64,000 nt of DNA from an uncultured Candidatus Saccharibacteria bacterium (GCA_964394925.1 CAYMZG010000001.1:131656-195655); one strand, 5' to 3'; positions 31,466 to 40,517 are shown, counted from the stretch's first letter. A program made the numbers and translations. The notes: generated by a model not told the origin, from the letters alone.

Positions 31466-31840
31466 TTACGCTGCAATGGCGTTGTTATACATCTCGCGGT
31501 TCAAGCGATCCGCGTAGATTCGGGCGGCTTTTTTGAAACGAAGTGTTTCCTCATTGCCGACCTTCTGGTAGGTGCCATTTTGAGACTTCAAAAGGCCGTC
31601 TGGGCGAACTTCATAACGCGTCGTGCGAATCTGTTGCTGGCCAGCTTGGTCAACCCATTCCTCGTGCCAAATCCAGGTGTGTCGATCTAAGCAAAAGAAT
31701 TCGCGGCGATGGCCGGCAGGAACTGCACCAAACACGGTACCGCCAAGCTTGGCCTCATGTCGAATCAGATCTTGGTATAACTGAGCATCGCGGTTCTGTG
31801 AACGCTGGCCAATAAATCCTCGGAGTAGTTTTTGAATCAT
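31466..31840 (-). CDS. hypothetical protein (124 aa)
   Basis: ORF only. Abuts the upstream ORF (31840 is shared). Confidence 0.5.
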   Translation of the reverse strand: MIQKLLRGFIGQRSQNRDAQLYQDLIRHEAKLGGTVFGAVPAGHRREFFCLDRHTWIWHEEWVDQAGQQQIRTTRYEVRPDGLLKSQNGTYQKVGNEETLRFKKAARIYADRLNREMYNNAIAA

Positions 31841-32235
31841 TAGCTGTTACTCCCCTCTAGTTCACGATCTTGGGGCACAGCATGCACGCTATCAACAATG
31901 GAACGGATCTGTGCTAGATCCAGATCATTTTGGGCAGGGCTATCCATGATGGGGGCTGTTTGCAGTGGTGTACTCACAACAAATTCAGGAGCATTGGCAA
32001 GGTCTACATGCGTGGCTGGAGTCTCGGGTGTTTCAGGGGTGGGAACAAAGTCGAACAGTCTGGGCGCTGGTGCGGGCTCAAGCTCGGGTGAGCGTCGAGT
32101 AGTAGGCGGAACCTCTGGTTCAATAACGGGGATTCGGTCTATGTCAAATAATGATGCGCTAATTACTCCTACACGCTGATCGACGATTTCGGCGACAGCT
32201 TCAAAACCATGAGTGAAGCCTTCAAATAGTGACAT
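31840..32235 (-). CDS. hypothetical Pro/Glu-rich protein (131 aa)
   Basis: ORF only, with SD-like AAGGAAACA upstream. Low complexity. Confidence 0.45.
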   Translation of the reverse strand: MSLFEGFTHGFEAVAEIVDQRVGVISASLFDIDRIPVIEPEVPPTTRRSPELEPAPAPRLFDFVPTPETPETPATHVDLANAPEFVVSTPLQTAPIMDSPAQNDLDLAQIRSIVDSVHAVPQDRELEGSNS

Positions 32236-32267
32236 TGTTTCCTTCTTTTACCTCTGTTATTAGTGAC

Positions 32268-33098
32268 CTATTCCAGGCCAAATAAATTGCAGGCGTTTTG
32301 GGTTGTCGTTTTGGCGATTTGCTCAAGTGATTCATCCCTAAGGCCTGCTAAAAACTCCGCCGTCAGCACAACATGCTTAGGCTTGCAGATTGTACCACGC
32401 TCAGGGGCTGGTGTCAAGAAGGGAGCATCGGTTTCGAGCAGCATTGACCCCAAGGGAATAGCCCGTGCCGCCGCCAACTGTGACTCGTCTTTGGTGAAGG
32501 TCATAATACCGTTCAGGCCCACATACAGGCCCCGAGACAAGATTTGATCCAAAGTGGCAACACCCGCACTAAAACTATGTATAACCCCTCTCAGACCACT
32601 AAAATTGTCTAGAATAGGCCAAAAATCATCAAAAGCGTCTCGCACATGGAAAATAACGGGCAGTTTATGGTCTTGAGCTAGTTGCAACTGAAACTCCAAA
32701 ATTGCCACCTGATCTGTTTTTGGGGAATGATTATAGAAATAGTCGAGACCACATTCACCAACCGCCTTGACGGCTGAGCTATGGGCAAGTTCAGCAAACG
32801 CAGTCTGTACACTGGCGGTCAAATGGCTCTTTGCCTCATGTGGATGAATGCCAATACTGGCCCAAGCCCGTGGCTGAGCTTCTGCTAATTCGACCGCCAA
32901 CCGACTGTCTCTGAGTGAGCATCCGACCAACATGAGCCATGTCACACCGGCCGCGGTGGCTTCGTCAATCAGTGGCTGAGGTGCTGCAATGCCGGCTGCG
33001 GCCCACTTATTCTGGACCAGGCCCTCTTCGCGTGGCGTGTTGGCGCCTGCCTCGCCGATGGCCTCGTGAATATGACAATGTGTATCAAAAAACTCCAT
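32268..33098 (-). CDS. TatD-family metal-dependent hydrolase/DNase
   Basis: FDTHCHIHE start, later GIHPHEA, GECGLDY, FHVRDA and HSFSAG motifs, 276 aa. Confidence 0.85.
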   Translation of the reverse strand: MEFFDTHCHIHEAIGEAGANTPREEGLVQNKWAAAGIAAPQPLIDEATAAGVTWLMLVGCSLRDSRLAVELAEAQPRAWASIGIHPHEAKSHLTASVQTAFAELAHSSAVKAVGECGLDYFYNHSPKTDQVAILEFQLQLAQDHKLPVIFHVRDAFDDFWPILDNFSGLRGVIHSFSAGVATLDQILSRGLYVGLNGIMTFTKDESQLAAARAIPLGSMLLETDAPFLTPAPERGTICKPKHVVLTAEFLAGLRDESLEQIAKTTTQNACNLFGLE

Positions 33099-33692
33099 TT
33101 ACCTCATTGTAGCGCATCGATACAGACCTGTGGTGGCAATATAGTCGGCAACTGCCTCGCTCACCATAGTGTCTATAGCACGTGTTTCGGCAACAGCCGT
33201 GCGTACTCCAGTTGAAGAAACAGGCACCTCGGGCAGCTCAGCATAAAGATGACGCAACCGCGCGTCTTCGGCGGGCATGTCATAGCCAACACGGGGGATC
33301 ACGAGTTGCCGAGCAACTTGCTGCAACCATGAACCACCTCGCCAATTTGGCATGTCGGCATAGCTGTCTGCCCCAAACACCAGCCAGAAATTCTCTTCCG
33401 GAAAAGCTGCCTCGAGGGCACGAGTCGTTCGCCAGGTTTCGGTCGGCGGCCCTTGTTCAAGCTCAAAATCACTAATTCGCAGTCGACCATCGCCGTTAAA
33501 TCGAGTCTGTTTTATAAGCCCAAGCATAGCCAAACGATCTTCATCACTTGTCTCCCATTGCTTGTCTGCCCGTTCGCCACTGGGCATCACCCAAAGCTCA
33601 TCGATACCCGGAACGTCCAGGCAGGCAGCAAAGATTGCTTCATGAGCGAGTGTCGGAGGATTAAAGGTTCCCCCGTAGACGGCAATTTCCAT
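33099..33692 (-). CDS. nadD: nicotinate-nucleotide adenylyltransferase
   Basis: GGTFNPPTLAHEAI nucleotidyltransferase motif and a C-terminal SSTGVR (ISST-like) motif, 197 aa. Confidence 0.85.
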   Translation of the reverse strand: MEIAVYGGTFNPPTLAHEAIFAACLDVPGIDELWVMPSGERADKQWETSDEDRLAMLGLIKQTRFNGDGRLRISDFELEQGPPTETWRTTRALEAAFPEENFWLVFGADSYADMPNWRGGSWLQQVARQLVIPRVGYDMPAEDARLRHLYAELPEVPVSSTGVRTAVAETRAIDTMVSEAVADYIATTGLYRCATMR

Positions 33693-33714
33693 GGCATTCC
33701 CCTTTCTGTATTAA

Positions 33715-33735
33715 TTAGTGTGCTATTGACACTTA
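33715..33735. promoter_or_regulatory. predicted NrtR operator 1 (TTAGTGT-N7-ACACTTA)
   Basis: 21-bp palindrome in the nadD/nadE divergent region, overlapping a TTGACA hexamer (33726..33731). Confidence 0.55.
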
Positions 33736-33764
33736 CTGACAAACAATATAGTCTACTAATGTAC

Positions 33765-33785
33765 TTATTGTCAAGTAAACACTAA
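33765..33785. promoter_or_regulatory. predicted NrtR operator 2 (TTATTGT-N7-ACACTAA)
   Basis: Second 21-bp palindrome. Its centre is 50 bp from operator 1 and it ends 14 nt upstream of the nadE ATG. Confidence 0.5.
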
Positions 33786-33799
33786 GAAAGCAGGGAATC

Positions 33800-35710
33800 A
33801 TGGAAACGTTTAACCCCACCGAAAGTTATCTCCGCTTGGCTACTGCCTGCCCCGAGGTATATCTGGCTGATGTAGAAGCTAATGTCGAAGCTATAACGGG
33901 TCTATATAGCCTGGCTGTTCAAGAAGGTGTGGCATTAGTCACCTTCCCTGAGTTATCTATCACAGGCTATACATTAGGGGATCTCGTGCAGCAAACTGCC
34001 CTGCTCCGTCAGGCGGAACAAGGGTTATTTGCGCTTGCAGAACAAACCGCTGGCCAAAAGACCGCCATGGTTGTTGGCCTTCCGCTGCGCGTCGGCAATG
34101 CCCTTTATAACTGCGCCGCGGTACTTAGTGAGGGTGAGGTCAAAGGCATTGTACCCAAGCAAAACTTGCCCACGTATGGTGAGTTTTACGAGAAGCGTTG
34201 GTTTCAAGCCTGGGATCAGCCAACCACAACCGTAGGTGGCCCAAACGGCGATATCCCCGTAGGAACCGATTTACTGTTTGACCTAGCTGGCACCAAAGCA
34301 GGGGTAGAGATCTGCGAAGATTTATGGATTCTCAATTCACCACACATTGAGCTCACTAACCAAGGGGCTCAGGTTACGGTCAACCCGTCGGCCTCTCCCG
34401 AGCGCGTAAACAGACCTGCTAAGCGCCGAAGCTTGGTAGAAATGGCCTCCGAACGAACCATGGGCGCCTACGTGTATGCGGGTTGTGACTGGACTGAGTC
34501 AACTATGGATGTTGTGATGAGCGGGCACCAAATGATCGTCGAGGACGGTAGCGTCGTAGCCGAACGAGCCCCCTTTGCTACCGATACCCGCCTGCTCACG
34601 GCAGATATCGATCTTGAGCACATCAATCATGATCGTTTGCGAGACACTAACTTCGTTAACGTACTCGGTGGAACGGTCATAAAAACATTGGTGGAGAGAG
34701 CCTATTTTGAGCCTGAGCCACGCACTAATCCGCATCCGTTCTTGCCTGCCGGTGAAACGGCCGAACAACGCGATGAGCGCTTGCAGTCTATCATCGACAT
34801 TCAGGCCCATGGATTAGCACGCCGCCTGATGGCCGTTGGCCATCCAAAACTCCACCTTGGCTTGTCGGGCGGGCTCGATTCGACGCTGGCGTTTTTGGTG
34901 GGTATTCGGGCGGCTGAGATCCTTGGCAAGGCGCCGCGTGAAGTTTTACACACCTATACCATGCCAGGTGAGGCCAGCTCAGAGCGCACGCAGTCAAATG
35001 CAGTAAAACTTGCCGGCTTGTATGGCATCACAAATGAGGTGCTGCCTATCGACAAGCTCACGGCTGGCATGCTTGAAACCATTGGCCACAATGGTGAAGA
35101 GCAGGACGTCACCTACGAAAACGCCCAGGCCCGTTTGCGCACCAGCATTCTTTTGAACAAAGCCAACCAGCAGGGCGGCATCGTGCTCGGCACGGGCGAC
35201 CTCAGCGAAATTGCGCTTGGGTGGTGCACGTTTAACGGCGATCACATCAGCCAATACCATGTAAACGCGGGTGTGCCCAAAACTCTTGTGCAACACCTTG
35301 TCAGGCACATTGCTAATCATCATGCCGCAGATGGAGCAAAGGAAGTCCTGCTCGATATTCTTGATACGCCTATTTCACCCGAGCTCGTTAAGGCCGAGGA
35401 AGGTGAAATAAGCCAGAAGACCGAAGATATCATTGGCCCATATGAGCTTCATGACTACTTTTTGTACCAGCTTATTCGTTGGGGTGACCCGAAGGCCAAG
35501 ATTGCCTATGTGGCCAAGCAGGCATTTGCCGTCACCTACACTCCCGAAGAGATCGACAAATGGCTCGATGTGTTCATCACCCGTTTCACGCGCAGCCAGT
35601 TTAAGCGCTCAGTGATGCCAGATGGGCCAAAAGTTGGTAGCATTGCCCTCAGCCCACGTGGTGACTGGCGTATGCCGTCTGACCTCATGAATGAAGCGGT
35701 GTGGGGCTAA
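33800..35710 (+). CDS. nadE: glutamine-dependent NAD+ synthetase (CN-hydrolase plus NAD synthetase domains)
   Basis: 636 aa. The N-terminal nitrilase-like domain has FPELSITGY and CEDLW. The C-terminal part has the PP-loop LGLSGGLDST. Confidence 0.9.
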   Translation: METFNPTESYLRLATACPEVYLADVEANVEAITGLYSLAVQEGVALVTFPELSITGYTLGDLVQQTALLRQAEQGLFALAEQTAGQKTAMVVGLPLRVGNALYNCAAVLSEGEVKGIVPKQNLPTYGEFYEKRWFQAWDQPTTTVGGPNGDIPVGTDLLFDLAGTKAGVEICEDLWILNSPHIELTNQGAQVTVNPSASPERVNRPAKRRSLVEMASERTMGAYVYAGCDWTESTMDVVMSGHQMIVEDGSVVAERAPFATDTRLLTADIDLEHINHDRLRDTNFVNVLGGTVIKTLVERAYFEPEPRTNPHPFLPAGETAEQRDERLQSIIDIQAHGLARRLMAVGHPKLHLGLSGGLDSTLAFLVGIRAAEILGKAPREVLHTYTMPGEASSERTQSNAVKLAGLYGITNEVLPIDKLTAGMLETIGHNGEEQDVTYENAQARLRTSILLNKANQQGGIVLGTGDLSEIALGWCTFNGDHISQYHVNAGVPKTLVQHLVRHIANHHAADGAKEVLLDILDTPISPELVKAEEGEISQKTEDIIGPYELHDYFLYQLIRWGDPKAKIAYVAKQAFAVTYTPEEIDKWLDVFITRFTRSQFKRSVMPDGPKVGSIALSPRGDWRMPSDLMNEAVWG

Positions 35711-35737
35711 AACGAAGGTTCGTGTAGAATAGATGAT

Positions 35738-36406
35738 ATGTCTTATCAACCACCAATTTTGACCGTTGACAGTGTTATCTTTCAGCTAATCGATAACGAG
35801 CTGTTTGTACTGCTCATTGAGCGACAAAAAGACCCGTTTAAGGGGGCCTGGGCACTACCCGGTGGCTATAACCCAGTTGGCGAAACCACGCATGACGCAC
35901 AAGAACGTATTCTACTTGCCAAAGCTGGACTCGCCGTTAAGAAACTCAAGCTGATTGAGCAGCTCTACACCTTTGACACGGTTGCCCGTGATCCACGGGG
36001 GCACGCCGTATCGGTAACGTACATGGGGCTCGGCAAAGACTTGGTACCAGAAGGTAGTAGCACCACTGAAAATCCGCAGTTCTTCCCTGTCAATAATCTG
36101 CCGAAACTGGCGTATGATCATGAGAAGATCATTCACTATGGCCATGAGCGTTTGCAGTCAAAAGTCACCTACACCAACGCGGTGTATGCCCTGCTTGATC
36201 CTGTCTTTACCCTCTCCGAGCTCCAAACAGCGTATGAGGCAATCTTGGGCCGCCCGCTCGATAAGCGAAACTTCCGTAAAAAGTTCTTGGGCCTTGACCT
36301 GATCCACGAAACCAGCGAAATGCGCCGCGACGGCGCCCACCGCCCCGCCCGGTTGTACGCGTTTAACAAGACGACGCTTGAAGCGCTATCGCGCAGTTTT
36401 GACTAG
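35738..36406 (+). CDS. nrtR: Nudix-related transcriptional regulator NrtR (degenerate Nudix domain plus C-terminal winged helix)
   Basis: The Nudix box reads GGYNPVGETTHDAQERILLAKAGL, so REUXEE has become RILLAK. The C-terminal segment FTLSELQTAYEAILGRPLDKRNFRKKF is characteristic of the NrtR wHTH domain. Confidence 0.75.
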   Translation: MSYQPPILTVDSVIFQLIDNELFVLLIERQKDPFKGAWALPGGYNPVGETTHDAQERILLAKAGLAVKKLKLIEQLYTFDTVARDPRGHAVSVTYMGLGKDLVPEGSSTTENPQFFPVNNLPKLAYDHEKIIHYGHERLQSKVTYTNAVYALLDPVFTLSELQTAYEAILGRPLDKRNFRKKFLGLDLIHETSEMRRDGAHRPARLYAFNKTTLEALSRSFD

Positions 36407-37992
36407 CGCGAGGTAGTTGCTGCGATCTTCGACCACTGGCGGTATGCAGGTCCGTTTGAATCTTCGTTCCCACCGGCCATCTCGGCAGGCGTAAAACGTA
36501 CATCTCGGGCCCGCTTCACCGCTTCGGCAATAGTGACTGCAGTAATTTCGCCACCACCAAAGGCCGAAATGCTATCACTCGCTCCAATGAATGTTTCTGT
36601 GGTGGGCGTCAGTGTTGTGGTCCCAGGTATATAACCACCCCATTCAAGGTCACGAACCACAAAAATGTCGTCTACTGCCGGGGAGTAATTACCGCCGTTG
36701 GCAAGTGACTTGCTCGAAACAATACCAATCGTCTGAAAGCCCTTTTGTTTGGCAAGTTCATAGGCCTTACCGATACCACCTGGCGTGGCGCCAATAGCTA
36801 CGGCAACGGTATTTGGATCTTTTGTATCAAGATCTGCCGATACAGCTTGTAACATAGCAGCTTCATCTTTGTAGCCCAAATCAGAGTACCCAAAGAGGCT
36901 ATGGACCTGCTTGCCGATGCCACGAATGCGCGCAATCGCCGCCTGGGCCGTTTCGGGCTTAGATACTATAAAGCTAAAATCGCGCGTTGTATCAGCACGA
37001 GCATCGATATCGTTTAAGACCTCATGGAAGAAAGCCTCAGGGAAACCCTCGTCGGTTGCGACTAATTGCTCGAGCATCTTTACGAGATTCTCTTCACTCA
37101 TTTCATCACCTGCAACCACTTTGAACAAATCAGTTGCTGCGCGAACGACCGCTAATCGCGAACGCGCTGCATCGTCGCCCAGTCCTTCGCTTCGTTTGTC
37201 TGGTGTATCGTAAAAAGTGTGTGACAACTTACGAAAAACATAGGCGAGCGTGGTCGCTCCTGGTTCCATAAAATACACCACTTTGTCACCCTCAATGCGC
37301 TCAAAGGGTGTACGGTGCAGTTCTGGGCGCAAAATAGCGTCGTGAATCACCTGTGGATCAGCAGCGAGCGCATCTTCATGCAAAATCTCGAAGAGTGTCA
37401 TCTTTATGCCTGTTTTGCGCTCAATAACTTCGGCAGTATCTCCAGTGTTTGTTTCGATTACCGGCAGTAACGTATTCGATACAAAGGCGTCGGAGTTGGT
37501 AATAAACTCACCGAGCGGTTGCCCTTTTTGGGCCGCCGTTTCACGCAAGAATTGGTACATGCGCCTTGAGTGGTTGATGTCATGATGAAAGAATTCGTAC
37601 GATGTCTGAACAAAACCATCAACGCGCGCAAGTGCGGTTTCGATACCTACAAATCCAATCGGGACACCACGTGTAGCAATCAGGTCCTTCGCACCAAACT
37701 GGCTAATAGTTGGAAACGTAATATGATCAGGGTCAGCGAGGAGGCTATGAAAGTAATATTCGTAGCGATCACTGTGATAAAGCTCGGGGGTTTCTGAGTC
37801 AAGACCACGCTGCACAATATCGAAAAACTCAACCGCGCGTTCAATAGCAAGAATGGTTGAAGTGTATGGATAGCGCGCAGTTTCACGCAGCCCCGCCAAT
37901 TGGTCAAGCACAATTTCACGGAACTGCTGCATGGGCAGATTATCTTTACAGATAGAACGAACATCATCACCACCAATAAGCCGCAGCCACAA
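36403..37992 (-). CDS. large hypothetical protein with a C-terminal LOG/SLOG-like Rossmann domain
   Basis: The C-terminus has IGATPGGIGKAYELAKQKGFQTIGIVSS and ISAFGGGEITAVTIAEAV, spaced as in LOG/TIGR00725-type proteins. The frame stays open for 70 more codons upstream (to 38202) with no ATG, GTG or TTG, and then meets an in-frame TAA. Confidence 0.7.
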   Translation of the reverse strand: MWLRLIGGDDVRSICKDNLPMQQFREIVLDQLAGLRETARYPYTSTILAIERAVEFFDIVQRGLDSETPELYHSDRYEYYFHSLLADPDHITFPTISQFGAKDLIATRGVPIGFVGIETALARVDGFVQTSYEFFHHDINHSRRMYQFLRETAAQKGQPLGEFITNSDAFVSNTLLPVIETNTGDTAEVIERKTGIKMTLFEILHEDALAADPQVIHDAILRPELHRTPFERIEGDKVVYFMEPGATTLAYVFRKLSHTFYDTPDKRSEGLGDDAARSRLAVVRAATDLFKVVAGDEMSEENLVKMLEQLVATDEGFPEAFFHEVLNDIDARADTTRDFSFIVSKPETAQAAIARIRGIGKQVHSLFGYSDLGYKDEAAMLQAVSADLDTKDPNTVAVAIGATPGGIGKAYELAKQKGFQTIGIVSSKSLANGGNYSPAVDDIFVVRDLEWGGYIPGTTTLTPTTETFIGASDSISAFGGGEITAVTIAEAVKRARDVRFTPAEMAGGNEDSNGPAYRQWSKIAATTSR

Positions 37993-38202
37993 ATGTTCAA
38001 CACTAGAAGCAAACTCAGGAAACGGTGCTTCTTGCCCCTCGACCCCAAGACGGCCATGATAGCGCTGGTAGGCCTCTAGAGGGTTGTCAACAATGTAGCG
38101 GGTAATTTCATCTTGCTCATGCTGAACACTAGTCAGTTCCTCGCCCGTAACCTCTCTAAACGGCGTTGTAGCAACGCGCTCGGCGCTTACAATCTGTGCA
38201 AA

Positions 38203-38511
38203 TTATTGGCTCTTTTCGAGCGCCAGCGCCACAGGTCGAGCCGGGTAACGGCCTGGATATACGAAGTTATGCGGATAATCTTCACTTCCCGGTTCAACCT
38301 CATATGCAAAGTTAGCGTGCCGCAGGTGGTTGAGTGTCTGGGTATGGAGTGCTTTTAGGCCAGGATAGTGTAAAACAGTCGCCTCATGAGAAGCGTCCAA
38401 CAAAGCGTCTATATGCTGCTGTAGTTCAGCTGCATATTCGGGCATTGGCATGTTGGGATTCGCTACGGCGCTCCCCTGTTCGATGGCTAGCTCTTTCATA
38501 AACGGTCTCAA
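38203..38511 (-). CDS. hypothetical protein, in frame with the downstream LOG-like ORF (possible N-terminal fragment)
   Basis: The likely start is the ATG at 38499 (MKELAIEQG). The stop TAA at 38205..38203 is in the same frame as 36403..38202. Confidence 0.5.
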   Translation of the reverse strand: MRPFMKELAIEQGSAVANPNMPMPEYAAELQQHIDALLDASHEATVLHYPGLKALHTQTLNHLRHANFAYEVEPGSEDYPHNFVYPGRYPARPVALALEKSQ

Positions 38512-38520
38512 TTTACGTAT

Positions 38521-38549
38521 ATTATACTACATTTTTATTTATTTTTCAA
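38521..38549 (-). promoter_or_regulatory. near-consensus promoter (TTGAAA-17-TATAAT)
   Basis: On the minus strand, TTGAAA is at 38549..38544 and TATAAT at 38526..38521. The predicted TSS is about 15 nt upstream of the ATG at 38499. Confidence 0.6.
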
Positions 38550-38586
38550 TGTTTTTGTTTGTGTCTTAGTTGATATACCCGGCGTA

Positions 38587-39624
38587 TCAGGCAGGATTGG
38601 CAGCCGCCGCAAGTCGCTGTGATGCGTCCTGCAATCGAGGGAAATCAAAGAGTTGGTCAATATCATGTGGCTTTTCGATCGCACCGTAAGCACAAACTGA
38701 CATCGCACCCACAACTGACGCGACACTATCGCTGTCGCCACCGAGTTCAACGGCGCGATAAACACTGTACGGAAAAACACGCTCACGCAAGAAACTGCCG
38801 TATGCCATCACCAGGGTTTCGGGCGCGTAAAAACCACCGTTGGGAGCAAGCTCGCCGATCGTCTCGGCGGTAAGCTCGTCGGCTTTTACAACCTCAACCA
38901 GCTCATGCAGTAACGTACTAGTGATTGCCTCGGCATTCATGAGACGCTCGTACTTCTTTGCATGGCTAGCCGATTGCAAAATAATGTGGGGGATATCTTC
39001 CCTCTGATCTTCGCCTAATTGCATGAGTCCCTTAAGAACATCCGCATGAACAACGCTCGAAACGGTAGCTTCTGGTGCCAAGTGCGTCATGCGTGTTAAT
39101 TGCACTAGCTCGGCAGATGACTGTTCAGGATCCACCCCCTTGAGATGCTGCCAGTAAGCCAAGGGTGCCATCTTCATAAGCACCCCATTGCCTGCCCCTC
39201 CCAACTCACCAGACTCGGTCGGTTCAATGCCGTTCATTAATCGCCGCATACTCCTCACCGTGCTACCACCCCAGCCTGGAGCGCGGTCATCTGCAACCAT
39301 GGCTGGTATCCAATCTGCCATAGCCACTTCGCCCAAACTATGTCGCATTGCCAAAACATGCATATCGGCTTGGTCGTCAAGATCAAATCTCTCACAAGCT
39401 AGCAATGACTCAATTACCGCTAGGCTCAGTTGCGTATCATCACTCCACGTGCCTGCTGGATACTCACCAAGAAATTTGTTTTCCCTAATGGGCACCAGGC
39501 CTGTAACCGAACCTTGCGGCCGGGGCGGCCCCGTCTCGTACGGCAAACCCGTCGCGTCACCGTAAGCAATGGCGGGAATGAGATTGCAGCCAATTTCATG
39601 AAATTTGTCAGTTAACTGGTTCAT
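38587..39624 (-). CDS. ADP-ribosylglycohydrolase family protein
   Basis: AYGDATGLPYE near the N-terminus and GGDSDSVASVVGA near the C-terminus (the two metal-binding motifs of the ARH/DraG family), 345 aa. Confidence 0.8.
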   Translation of the reverse strand: MNQLTDKFHEIGCNLIPAIAYGDATGLPYETGPPRPQGSVTGLVPIRENKFLGEYPAGTWSDDTQLSLAVIESLLACERFDLDDQADMHVLAMRHSLGEVAMADWIPAMVADDRAPGWGGSTVRSMRRLMNGIEPTESGELGGAGNGVLMKMAPLAYWQHLKGVDPEQSSAELVQLTRMTHLAPEATVSSVVHADVLKGLMQLGEDQREDIPHIILQSASHAKKYERLMNAEAITSTLLHELVEVVKADELTAETIGELAPNGGFYAPETLVMAYGSFLRERVFPYSVYRAVELGGDSDSVASVVGAMSVCAYGAIEKPHDIDQLFDFPRLQDASQRLAAAANPA

Positions 39625-40454
39625 TTCTCACCCCCAGGTAGTGCGCCTTGGTGGTCGCGCAGTAATGGTGGGAATTGCGCCACTAAGGCAGCTAAATCGC
39701 CATCACTGTATTTCTTGTGTTGAATCTCAACCCAATCACCGTTATTCCAGCTGTAGTCGGGGGTAAAGACATTCACGCTTCGTCGCCATAACACGTCATG
39801 CACCTTTTTTCCCGTCTCGGGATCGCGTGGACTATAGTGTACAGCCTGGCAATTCCCAATCTTATAGGCGTCATCTCGGTCGCGCTCGAGCCACTCAATC
39901 GGTGTCAGGCGTTCGAGTACAAAACCCGCAACATCAATAAGCTCACCGTGCGTTACGGCAATGACCGTTTTGTCTTCCATGCCTTCAAGCGTTTTCATGG
40001 CACGTTCAAAACGGAGTCGCACACCCGTAGCCATTGACTCGCCTCCCGGTGGACACCAATACCACTTATTCTGATCTTTGAGGCGCTTTGACAGCGCAAA
40101 CATCTCTTCACGTTCTTCGTCATTCAGAATGCCATATTCACCCCAGTCACGTTCACGCCATAAATCACTTACCTTCCACTTGCCGCCAAGACCTAGTCCT
40201 TCAGCCGTTTCCATAGTGCGAACTAAAGGAGACGTAAAGTAATGATCAAAGCCGCCAGGAAATTGTTCAAGGAGCCAGGCGCCGGTTTTTTGGGCTTGCA
40301 AAATACCCTTCTCAGATAAGCGCATCTCGCTGTCGTGACGATCAAAAAAGCCTTCAGGTGCTTTTGCTCCAGGATTAGCTTTGATCATGCTCTGTATAAC
40401 ATTCGCTTCACTCTGGCCATGCCTAACGAGTATCAAGTCTGATGTTAGTTCCAT
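39621..40454 (-). CDS. histidine phosphatase superfamily (phosphoglycerate-mutase-like) protein
   Basis: LILVRHGQSEAN catalytic motif and a downstream VTHGELI. Overlaps the ARH gene by 4 nt. Confidence 0.8.
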   Translation of the reverse strand: MELTSDLILVRHGQSEANVIQSMIKANPGAKAPEGFFDRHDSEMRLSEKGILQAQKTGAWLLEQFPGGFDHYFTSPLVRTMETAEGLGLGGKWKVSDLWRERDWGEYGILNDEEREEMFALSKRLKDQNKWYWCPPGGESMATGVRLRFERAMKTLEGMEDKTVIAVTHGELIDVAGFVLERLTPIEWLERDRDDAYKIGNCQAVHYSPRDPETGKKVHDVLWRRSVNVFTPDYSWNNGDWVEIQHKKYSDGDLAALVAQFPPLLRDHQGALPGGEK

Positions 40455-40496
40455 TGCGATCTCCTTGCTTATCTGTTTTCACTATAACAAATAAAT

Positions 40497-40517
40497 TTAG
40501 TGTTGACAATACACTAA
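40497..40517. promoter_or_regulatory. predicted NrtR operator 3 (perfect TTAGTGT-N7-ACACTAA)
   Basis: Perfect 7-N7-7 palindrome overlapping the -35 TTGACA (40503..40508) of the pncA promoter. Confidence 0.6.

Noticed and set aside
38203-38205. The in-frame TAA as evidence of an alternative genetic code or stop-codon reassignment
   Set aside because: TAA, TAG and TGA all terminate many well-conserved genes at their expected ends in this window. Examples are TAA for nadE and pnuC, TAG for pheA and nrtR, and TGA for nadR. A global reassignment is therefore not tenable; only a local event remains possible.
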